From an uncultured Actinomycetes bacterium (lineage in GTDB: Bacteria > Actinomycetota > UBA4738 > HRBIN12), in assembly GCA_963835415.1 (NCBI GenBank), contig CAWIFZ010000005.1:2937-66936 (forward strand): a DNA stretch of 64,000 bases. The letters are read 5' to 3'. Of this stretch, positions 30,860 to 38,975 are shown piece after piece (the first letter of the stretch is position 1; each line of letters starts with the position of its first letter). A program made the translations under genes and the position numbers. Below the pieces are notes generated by a model. It searched no databases, was not told where the DNA came from, and saw only the letters and a list, made by a program, of their open reading frames with translations.

Positions 30860-31917
30860 TCAGTACAGCTCGACGCGGCTCTGGTCGCCGACGACCAGCC
30901 GGTGCACGCCCCCGGTGCCCGAATGGACCACCTCGACGTTGCGTCCCAGGATCGACGTGGCCAGACCGTGCACGTCGACGATCTGGCAGCCCTCCATGAC
31001 GATCGAGTCCTCCACGGAGGATCGCATGATCCGCACGTCGCGCTCGACGGAGACGTTCGGACCCACGACGGAGTCCTCGATGACGGCGCCGGACCCGATC
31101 GCGACGGGGCCACGCAGCTCGGACCGGATGACCTTCGCGCCGCGTGCAAGTCGGACGTTCCCGTCCAGCGACGAGCCCTCATCGACATCGCCCTCCACAC
31201 GGTCGGCCATGACCGAGAGCATCACGCGGTTGGCTTCCAACAGGTCGGACGGACGTCCCGTGTCCTTCCACCATCCGCTCACCATCTCCGCGCGCACGGT
31301 CTTGCCTTGATCGATGAGCCATTGGATCGCTTCGGTGATCTCGTATTCGCCTCGCCGGGACGGCTCAAGCGTGCCGGCGGCCTCCACGATCGAATCGTCG
31401 AACAGGTACACCCCGACGAGCGCCAGATCGCTCACGTACGTCGTCGGCTTCTCGACGAGGCGCACCACGCGGTCCCCTTCGAGCACCGCCACACCGAACC
31501 GCTCCGGCTCAGGCACCTTCGCCAGGAAGATCTGCGCATCGGGTCTGGTCCGTTCGAACTCCTCGACGAACCGACGCAGCCCCTCGAGCAACACGTTGTC
31601 GCCGAGGTACATCAGGAACGGCTCGCCCGCGACGAAGTCGCGGGCGGTGAGGACGGCGTGGGCGAGTCCGAGCGGCCGGTCCTGCGGGACGTAGGTGACC
31701 GAGAGCCCCCACGCGGCGCCGTCCCCGACGGCGGCACGGATCTCGTCTCCCGTCTGGCCGATCACGATGCCCACGTCGGTGATGCCCGCGTCGCGGATCG
31801 CCTCGAGCGCATGGAACAGGATCGGGGCGCCCGCGACGGGGATGAGCTGCTTCGCGTTCGTGTGGGTGAGGGGCCGAAGGCGCGACCCCTCGCCACCTGC
31901 GAGGATCAGCGCGCGCA
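30860..31917 (-). CDS. rmlA: Glucose-1-phosphate thymidylyltransferase, long form with C-terminal beta-helix
   Basis: MRALILAGGEGSRLRPLTHTNAKQL from ATG 31917. C-terminal hexapeptide-type repeats follow. Confidence 0.8.
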
Positions 31918-31931
31918 TCGGGTCGTCGCTC

Positions 31932-33380
31932 TCATGAGGCGTCCGGGGCGATGCAATCGGTGCTGGGCGTGCCGCTGCCGACCGGCTCGAGATGGAAGCT
32001 CGCCGAGATGAACACCGCGACCGGGCTGCCTCGCAACGCGTCGTCCGGCACTTCCAGGAGCTGCAGGTTCGGGAAGTACTTCTGCACGACCTCCGCGTCG
32101 CTCTGATGCCCGGGCTTGTACGCGATGACCGAGCCGTGGACGTCGGAGCCGTACGTCGCGTACTCGACGACGCCCGGTGAGATGTCGAACCCCGCGTCGG
32201 AAAGGATCTGCTCGACCTCGCCCGCGGTTCCGCCGGAGCCGTGGTCGACGACCGGCACGATGATGTTGGCCTCTGACGGTGCCGTCGATTGGAGGTCGAC
32301 GCCCAGGTTCCCGAGCGGCTTGCCATCGCGGATGCGGGCGAAGATCTGGTCCGCGACAGGATCCGGATGGAGGACGGATAGCGATCCCTCCATGCCGCCG
32401 ACCGCGGGCACCGCCCGGAACTCGACCGCACCGGTCGAGATGCCCTCGAGCTGCTTGACGAGATAGATCACGTCCGCGAGGTCGAACCCCTTCGTCGTCA
32501 CCAGGTTGCGCGCGACCGGCCGGATCAACGACGGCGCCTTGGCGATCTCGCTCGGCGACAGGAGGCGGTTGAGGACGGCGCGGAGGAACTGCTGCTGACG
32601 GCTGATCCGGGCGAAGTCGGGTATCAGGTCGCACGGCTGATGCCGGGTCCGCACGTACGCGAGCGCCTGGTACCCATCGAGCGTCTGACATCCGGCCTGG
32701 ACGTCGAGCCCCGTGAGCGGGTCGGTCATGGCCGTCGGGATACACATCGTCACGCCGCCCAAGGCTTGGACGATGCCTTGGAACCCGGCGAGGTCCACGT
32801 AGAGGACGTGGTTGATCGTCAGCCCGCTGAGCTCCTCGACGGTCTTCGCGACGAGTTGCGCGCCGCCGCCCTCGAGCCCGGCCGAGAACGCCGCGTTGAT
32901 CTTGTCGAAGCCACGACCCGGGATGTCGACCCACAGGTCCCGGGGGAAGGACAGCACGATCGCCTTCTGGAGGCGCGGGTCGGTGTGGACGAGCATGATC
33001 ACGTCGGAGCGGTTCGAGCCGCCGATGTCCGCGTCGGTCCCGAACTGATCCTGCTCATCCGCGCTCAGCCCCGCTCGCGAGTCGCTTCCGAGGATGAGGT
33101 AATTGCAGACATCCTCGACGCACGGTCCGAAGTCGGGCGACTGGGCGCTGCCGGGTGACGATGGAGCGTCCGGGATGATCCCGACGCTGCGTTGCGCCTG
33201 GTTGTAGCCGACGTACGCGTACGCGGAGACGGCGGCGACGACGAGCGCGAGGCTCGCCGTCACGCCGACCAACGCTCTGACGAGCGTGGGATGCGCGCGT
33301 GGGCTTCGTGATCGTTCCGGATCGGTGGCCATCACCGCCAGCCTACCCGTGCCCCCGGAGGGGGTCGTCTCGGGACGCAT
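31932..33380 (-). CDS. LCP-family (LytR-CpsA-Psr) glycopolymer ligase with LytR_C-like tail; start may be 33332
   Basis: TM anchor, then LILGSDSR, SDVIMLVH, SFPRDLWV and INAAF motifs. Confidence 0.8.
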   Translation of the reverse strand: MRPETTPSGGTGRLAVMATDPERSRSPRAHPTLVRALVGVTASLALVVAAVSAYAYVGYNQAQRSVGIIPDAPSSPGSAQSPDFGPCVEDVCNYLILGSDSRAGLSADEQDQFGTDADIGGSNRSDVIMLVHTDPRLQKAIVLSFPRDLWVDIPGRGFDKINAAFSAGLEGGGAQLVAKTVEELSGLTINHVLYVDLAGFQGIVQALGGVTMCIPTAMTDPLTGLDVQAGCQTLDGYQALAYVRTRHQPCDLIPDFARISRQQQFLRAVLNRLLSPSEIAKAPSLIRPVARNLVTTKGFDLADVIYLVKQLEGISTGAVEFRAVPAVGGMEGSLSVLHPDPVADQIFARIRDGKPLGNLGVDLQSTAPSEANIIVPVVDHGSGGTAGEVEQILSDAGFDISPGVVEYATYGSDVHGSVIAYKPGHQSDAEVVQKYFPNLQLLEVPDDALRGSPVAVFISASFHLEPVGSGTPSTDCIAPDAS

Positions 33381-33472
33381 GGCATTCCTGTGGAGGCCCC
33401 GAGCGCGTCCGTCGGATGAACGCGCCGACTAGGATGACCGCCACAAGCCGACACATCACGGAGAAGGGACGC

Positions 33473-34318
33473 ATGGTCAGGGAACCGATCCGGGCGCTCG
33501 TGGTCGGCATCGAGGACGAGCACTACCGAGAGCTCACGCAGGAAGAAGGCTTCACCGTCGAAGCGGCCGACGCGCTGGACGAGGAGACGGACGGAGACGT
33601 CGACGCCGTCGTCGTCGCGCTCAAGGGCGAACCGCTCGACACGCTCGCGACACTGCGAAGACACGCCCCGGACGCCGCCGTGATCGTCGTGACGGGAGCG
33701 GAGAACGTCGCCGACGGCACCGTCGCGATGCACGCGGGTGCGGACGATCACCTGGTACGCGGCTCGATCCCACCAGGCATGCTCCCCCGGGCCATCCGAT
33801 ACGCGGTCACGGTGCGGCGGCTGCGGCGCGAGCTTTCCACCCAGGACGACGAGACCGGGCTGCCGAACCTCCGCGGGTTCGCGCCGATCGCCGAGCATCA
33901 CCTGCGGATGGCCGACCGCGCCCACCAGCCCGCGGTCTTCCTGTTCGTCCGGATCGAAGGCCTCCGCGGAGCCGTCGCGGCGAGCGGCGCCGACGAGGGA
34001 GCCGCGCTGGCACGGGACGCGGCCGCCCTGGTGCTCGAGGCCGTCCGGGATGCCGACGTGCCGGCCCGGATCAGCGCCGACACGTTCTGCGTCCTGCTCA
34101 CCGGCGAGGCGCATGGTGCGGAGGCGTTGGTGCTCTCCCGGCTCGTCGAGGCGATCGCCTTGGACGACGCTCGCTCGGACCGTTCCCGCCACCTTTCGCT
34201 CTCGGTCGGGAGCGCCCTGTACGACCCCGATCGCCCGATCACGCTGGAGCAGATCTTCTCGAACGCGGATCGCCGATTGGCCGAACAAGCCGCCCTGGCA
34301 CGATCCGAGGAACCGTGA
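33473..34318 (+). CDS. Pseudo-receiver plus degenerate GGDEF-domain protein
   Basis: The receiver-like N-terminus has Ala at the phospho-acceptor position (DAVVVALKGEP). The GGDEF-fold region (DETGLPNLRGF...) has SADTF in place of GG[DE]EF, and RDAD lies five residues upstream. Confidence 0.7.
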   Translation: MVREPIRALVVGIEDEHYRELTQEEGFTVEAADALDEETDGDVDAVVVALKGEPLDTLATLRRHAPDAAVIVVTGAENVADGTVAMHAGADDHLVRGSIPPGMLPRAIRYAVTVRRLRRELSTQDDETGLPNLRGFAPIAEHHLRMADRAHQPAVFLFVRIEGLRGAVAASGADEGAALARDAAALVLEAVRDADVPARISADTFCVLLTGEAHGAEALVLSRLVEAIALDDARSDRSRHLSLSVGSALYDPDRPITLEQIFSNADRRLAEQAALARSEEP

Positions 34319-34384
34319 GCTGCGAATACGGGTCAGAACGGTTCCAGGAACGCGCCCGCGACACGAGGAGCTCCAGCGAACTCG

Positions 34385-35002
34385 GTGATGGTTCGACCCA
34401 CGACAGATCCCCGGAGCGAGCCGGTGGAGGCAATCGACCTCGCTGAGGCTCGCGACCGCGAGCTCGTCCTGGGGATCCGTCGCCGCGACGAAGAGGCGTT
34501 CCGCGGATTGTTCGGCCGATACGCGCCCGGCGCGAAGGCCCTCGCGATGCGGGTGGTGCGACAGTCGCATCTGGCTGAGGAGATCGTGCAGGAGGCATTC
34601 ATGGCGCTCTGGCGGAACCCGGCCGCCTACGACGATCAGCGCGGCTCGGTGAAGTCGTGGCTCATGGGGATGGTGCATCACCGCGCGGTCGACCTTGTGC
34701 GACGCGAAGAGTCGTATCGGCGGCGCGCCGAGAAGACCGCGCATCAGGCGATGGAGCTCGAGTCGGATCACGCCGACGCGGTCGTGGAGCAGATCGGATT
34801 GCCGGAAGAACGACGACGGGTCCGGGCGGCGCTCGACGAGCTGCCCGAGGCACAACGAGAGGTGTTGGAACGCATGTATTTCGATGGGATGTCGCAGAGC
34901 CAGATCGCGGAGGCCACCGGCCTGCCGCTCGGCACCGTGAAATCCCGGACGCTCCTCGGCATGCGTCGCCTGCGGGCAGTGCTCGTCCAGGAGGAACCGT
35001 GA
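34385..35002 (+). CDS. ECF-type RNA polymerase sigma factor
   Basis: Region 2 (AEEIVQEAFMALWRN) and region 4 (LPEAQREVLERMYFDGMSQSQIAEATGLPLGTVKSR). Confidence 0.85.
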   Translation: MMVRPTTDPRSEPVEAIDLAEARDRELVLGIRRRDEEAFRGLFGRYAPGAKALAMRVVRQSHLAEEIVQEAFMALWRNPAAYDDQRGSVKSWLMGMVHHRAVDLVRREESYRRRAEKTAHQAMELESDHADAVVEQIGLPEERRRVRAALDELPEAQREVLERMYFDGMSQSQIAEATGLPLGTVKSRTLLGMRRLRAVLVQEEP

Positions 35003-35760
35003 CCCGCGACCACACCGTGATCGAGGAGCTCCTCGCGATCCGCTCGCTCGGCGGGTTGGACGGCGACGATGTGGGGCTCCTCGAGCGCGAGCTCGCGTCG
35101 CACGGAGACTGCGAGGAGTGCCGCCGCCTGGCGAGCGAGTACGACGAGACCGCCGGCCGCCTTGCGTTCGCCCTCGAACCGGAGACCGTCGACATGGCAC
35201 GAGCGGACGAGATCCTGCAACGAGCGAACCACCCCGCCACGCAGGAGGTCGTTCCTCCACCGGTCGCGGCGCCGGTCAACGAGCTCGAGGAACGTCGCGG
35301 CCGTCGCGGCCGGTCGTGGCCGGCGCTCGTGGCTGCCGCGGTGGCCGTCCTCCTGGTCGTGTCGGCCGTCGCGCTCTTCGGGCCGAACCGTTCGACGGGG
35401 GTGCAGGCATCGACGGATCAACAGGTGGTCGGCTTCACCGGCGACGCGGGGGAACTCGCCATGGCCTATCGGCCCGGGGAGCCAGGCGCGCTCCTGTTGG
35501 GTTCGGGGTTCGCCGACCCGGGAGCGGACAAGGTCTACGCGATCTGGATGTTGCAGGGGTCGACGCCCGTGAGCGGTGGATGCGTCCGACCGCACGACGG
35601 CTCCATCGTCGCGTTCGTCGACGCGGATCTGACCGGCACCGATCAGATGGCCGTGACCGTGGAGCCCGCGTCCTGCCCGTCCGCACCAACCACTACGCCC
35701 GGTCCTGGTCAGCGATCCGCTGGTCGCGTAGTCGGCCAGGCAGGGTTATCGGCCACTTAA
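34999..35760 (+). CDS. Anti-sigma factor (RskA-like, one TM); possible frameshift in the last ~15 codons
   Basis: GTG overlaps the sigma stop (GTGA). It has a SHGDCEECRR motif, a TM segment WPALVAAAVAVLLVVSAVALF and an extracytoplasmic domain ...KVYAIWML...MAVTVEP. An alternative frame ends ...PVLVSDPLVA at 35742. Confidence 0.7.
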   Translation: MTRDHTVIEELLAIRSLGGLDGDDVGLLERELASHGDCEECRRLASEYDETAGRLAFALEPETVDMARADEILQRANHPATQEVVPPPVAAPVNELEERRGRRGRSWPALVAAAVAVLLVVSAVALFGPNRSTGVQASTDQQVVGFTGDAGELAMAYRPGEPGALLLGSGFADPGADKVYAIWMLQGSTPVSGGCVRPHDGSIVAFVDADLTGTDQMAVTVEPASCPSAPTTTPGPGQRSAGRVVGQAGLSAT

Positions 35761-35848
35761 CCGCGCGTTTCCCGGCCGCTGGCGGGCCCCCTCCTACCTT
35801 GGAACCTGGCCCCGGGTTCACGAGGAACCTGGGAGACAGGAGGCACCG

Positions 35849-36199
35849 ATGAACAAGCGCTCCGCAACGCTGATCGCCGCGTCACTCGTGGGTGTGCTAG
35901 CGATCGCTGGCGCCGCATTCTCGCTCGGCATCACCGGCCCGACGGCGAGCGCCGCGTCGGAGCAGACGTCCGCCGTCGCCGGGAAGCCGATCGTTCACAC
36001 CCACACGAAGACCGTGGTCGTGCACCGACAGGCCGCCACGCCGGCGCCCGTCGTCGTGCAGGCCGCCCCGTCCATGAGCTCCTCGAGCTCCACGTCGAGC
36101 TACGGCGATGACAACGAAGGAAGCGAGCACGAGAACGAAGGTCCTGACGACCATGGCGGCCACGAAGGCTCCGACGACCACGGCGGCGACGATGACTGA
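35849..36199 (+). CDS. Small secreted protein with Ser-rich linker and acidic His/Asp/Glu-rich tail
   Basis: AGGAGG RBS and a signal-like N-terminus (LIAASLVGVLAIAGAAFS). The C-terminus reads DDNEGSEHENEGPDDHGGHEGSDDHGGDDD. Confidence 0.5.
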   Translation: MNKRSATLIAASLVGVLAIAGAAFSLGITGPTASAASEQTSAVAGKPIVHTHTKTVVVHRQAATPAPVVVQAAPSMSSSSSTSSYGDDNEGSEHENEGPDDHGGHEGSDDHGGDDD

Positions 36200-36518
36200 C
36201 GCCCCTCGTCCCAGGAAGAAGCGTTGGTCGAAGCGGGCGGTCCGGGCGACAGCCTGGACCGCCGGGGCCACAGCGTTCATCTCGGCGCTCGGTGCGTTCG
36301 GCGCCTCGGCGATCCCCGTCGCGACCGACCAGGCGTCGTCGCCGTCGACCCCGACCCGTCAGAAGGTCATCATCCGCAGGATCGTCAAGCGGATCGTGAT
36401 CGTCGACCCGGCGGCGCCCGCGCCCGTCCGAGTCGTTCCGTCAGGCGGGAGCGGCTCTGTTCCCGCTGCGGCTCCGGCGCCCGCGCCGGCTCCCGCACCC
36501 TCCACGGGGGGGTCCTGA
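36192..36518 (+). CDS. Small membrane-anchored Pro/Ala-rich protein
   Basis: The ATG overlaps the previous stop. It has a basic N-terminus, a TM segment (WTAGATAFISALGAFGASAI), a KVIIRRIVKRIVIVD segment and the C-terminus ...APAPSTGGS. It ends 1 nt before the ApbE start. Confidence 0.4.
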   Translation: MTDAPRPRKKRWSKRAVRATAWTAGATAFISALGAFGASAIPVATDQASSPSTPTRQKVIIRRIVKRIVIVDPAAPAPVRVVPSGGSGSVPAAAPAPAPAPAPSTGGS

Positions 36519-36519
36519 C

Positions 36520-37983
36520 ATGACGCGCGCTCATCACATCTTCCGCGCCATGGGCACCGCCGTTTCGCTCACCGGGCCGGACGACCCATCGTTCACCCGG
36601 GCGTCAGAGGCGGTCGAATTCGTGTTCGCCCGGGAGGAACGCCGGTTCTCACGCTTCCGTGACGACACCGAGCTCAGCCGCGTGAACCTGGCGGCCGGCC
36701 GATGGACGCCGGTGTCGGCACCGTTCGAGACGTTGGTCGGCCTCGCGTTGACGCAGGCCCAGCGCACCGACGGGCTGTTCGATCCGACGGTGCTCCACGC
36801 GATGGTCGCGGCCGGGTACGACCGCGACTTCGACGAGGTGCTCGCCGGCGCACGAGGCGCGCTGCATCCACCGCGGCCGTGCGGGCGTTGGCGCGAGGTC
36901 GCGACGCGTCCCGGCGAGATCCTGCTCCCTGCCGGCGTCGGGCTCGACCTCGGCGGGATCGCGAAGGGCTGGACCTCCGACCTCGCAGCGGAGGCAGCGG
37001 TGCGCGAAGGGTTGCCGTGGTCGCTCGTGAGCGCCGGCGGTGACATGCGCATCGTGGGTGAGGCGCCACCGATCGACGTCCGCATCGAGGACCCGGGAGC
37101 GCCGAACGAGACGGCGGCCACGCTGCGGCTGGATTCGGGCGCGCTCGCGAGCTCGTCGACCCTCCGACGCGCGTGGGGTCCCGACCTGCATCACATCATC
37201 GACCCGCGGACGGGAGCCCCGACCGACTCTCCCATCGTGCAGTCGACGGTATGGGCCTCGACGTGCGCGGAAGCAGAGGTGTTGGCGACGTGGACGCTGC
37301 TGACGGGCACCGCGGCGATGGACACCGTGCCCTGCGCGCTCGTCTCCCGCGACGGGGACCTGATCATGAACTTCGAGCGCCGAGGCCGCATGACGACATG
37401 GATCCTCTTGCGAGCGGCGGGTGTGGCGGCCTACGTTGCGTTCTTCCTCTCGGTCGCATGGGGCCTCGTGTCCAGCACGTCGCTCATCACGAAGCGGATC
37501 TCGAAGCCGACGTCCACGGCGTTCCACGCCACGGTCGCCAGCGCCGGCTTGGCGTTCCTCGCGATCCACATGGCCTTCCTGTTCGTCGACCGGTTCGTCC
37601 CGTTCGGCCTCTCCGACCTGTTCGTGCCGCTGAAGAGCCAGTACCGGCCCATCTCGGTCGCGTTCGGCATCGTCGCGATGTACGGCATGGTGATCGTGCT
37701 GGTGTCGTCGTGGGTGCGCAAGCGCCTGGGAACGGTCTGGTGGCGTCGCCTCCACCTGCTCGCCGTCCCGATGTTCACGCTCACGCTGCTGCACGGGCTC
37801 TTCGCGGGGAGCGACTCGGCACGTCCGTGGATGTTCGCGATGTACGTGGTCACCGGACTCATCACGTTGTTCCTCGTCATCGTGCGAGGGCTCACGGTCG
37901 GATTCCGACCAACGCGCGACGTGAAGGAACGGGTCGCCCGCACCCAGCCCGTCGCGGTGCCGTCGGAACGGGTCGGACACTAG
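36520..37983 (+). CDS. FAD:protein FMN transferase (ApbE) fused to a six-TM ferric-reductase-domain (bis-heme) module
   Basis: N-terminal ~290 aa are ApbE-like (FRAMGT..., LDLGGIAKGW, HHIIDPRTG). The C-terminal ~195 aa are TM helices carrying H-x13-H (HATVASAGLAFLAIH) and H-x12-H (HLLAVPMFTLTLLH). There is no stop between the halves. Confidence 0.8.
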   Translation: MTRAHHIFRAMGTAVSLTGPDDPSFTRASEAVEFVFAREERRFSRFRDDTELSRVNLAAGRWTPVSAPFETLVGLALTQAQRTDGLFDPTVLHAMVAAGYDRDFDEVLAGARGALHPPRPCGRWREVATRPGEILLPAGVGLDLGGIAKGWTSDLAAEAAVREGLPWSLVSAGGDMRIVGEAPPIDVRIEDPGAPNETAATLRLDSGALASSSTLRRAWGPDLHHIIDPRTGAPTDSPIVQSTVWASTCAEAEVLATWTLLTGTAAMDTVPCALVSRDGDLIMNFERRGRMTTWILLRAAGVAAYVAFFLSVAWGLVSSTSLITKRISKPTSTAFHATVASAGLAFLAIHMAFLFVDRFVPFGLSDLFVPLKSQYRPISVAFGIVAMYGMVIVLVSSWVRKRLGTVWWRRLHLLAVPMFTLTLLHGLFAGSDSARPWMFAMYVVTGLITLFLVIVRGLTVGFRPTRDVKERVARTQPVAVPSERVGH

Positions 37984-38190
37984 CCCGCCCTGCCGGAACG
38001 ACGGAGGTCGGGACCGGGTCGGAGGTCCCGGTCGAACCAGGCGGCGCGGTCGTCCCACGGCCCACTCGGGTGGCCGACCGGTCTCTATCGGCCGGGCCAG
38101 GCGTCCGTGCGGCTACCCGCGGAACGCTCTCACCAAGACTTCACAGGTGCGGAGCGGAACGCTCCCGCCGAGGAACGAGGAGGTGGAGAG

Positions 38191-38814
38191 ATGGAGGCGA
38201 CCAAGACACCGCTCGACATCCCGGAGCTCGAGCGGCTCGAGCCGATCCACACGAAGGGCTTGCAGCGGGTGTTCGCGCTGCTGCGCGTGGCGGTGGGCTG
38301 GACGTTCCTGTGGGCGTTCCTGGACAAGGCGTTCGCGCTGGGCTTCTCCACGGGACGGGTCCTGAACGACGCGGGTGCCACCGTGAAGATCGACTTCTTC
38401 GGCGACGCAGCCTGGATCCACGGCGCCTCTCCGACCGCTGGGGTGCTCGGCTTCGCGACGAAGGGGCCGTTCGTGGACTTCTACCACTCGATCACCGGCT
38501 ATCAGATGACGGCAGCCGGTCCGACCTCGGCTGCGTGGGTCGACTGGGTCTACATGCTGTCGATGCTCGCGATCGGGACCGCGTTGATCCTGGGGGTCGG
38601 CGTCCGGCTGGCCGCGATCGGAGGCATCATCTGGATGGCGATCTTCTACACGGCGACGGCGATCTGGCCCGAGCACAACGCGTTCATGGACGAGCACATC
38701 ATCGACGCGCTCGTGCTGGCCGCGGTGTTCCTGGCGAACGCCGGCCGCTACTACGGACTCGGCAAGGTCTGGCAGCGCAGCGAGTTCGTAGAGAAGCACC
38801 CGATCCTCTACTGA
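38191..38814 (+). CDS. DoxX-family membrane protein
   Basis: GGAGGTGGAGAG RBS. Sequence LLRVAVGWTFLWAFLDKAF... followed by further TM segments. Confidence 0.6.
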   Translation: MEATKTPLDIPELERLEPIHTKGLQRVFALLRVAVGWTFLWAFLDKAFALGFSTGRVLNDAGATVKIDFFGDAAWIHGASPTAGVLGFATKGPFVDFYHSITGYQMTAAGPTSAAWVDWVYMLSMLAIGTALILGVGVRLAAIGGIIWMAIFYTATAIWPEHNAFMDEHIIDALVLAAVFLANAGRYYGLGKVWQRSEFVEKHPILY

Positions 38815-38834
38815 ACGACGGAGCGATCGGCAGG

Positions 38835-38860
38835 ACGGGGCCTCGGGATCGGGGCCCCGT
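38835..38860 (+). terminator. Candidate stem-loop terminator after the DoxX gene
   Basis: ACGGGGCC (38835..38842) pairs with GGCCCCGT (38853..38860) and is followed by TTCTCGT. The U-tract is weak. Confidence 0.4.
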
Positions 38861-38975
38861 TCTCGTGCCCGCGGCCGACGGCGCGGTCGTCCCACCGAGT
38901 GCGGGACCTTCGACCCATGCCCGACCTCGCGGTCGGTCGCAAGCTGGTATCGACACCGACAAGAGGAGGCCAGCG

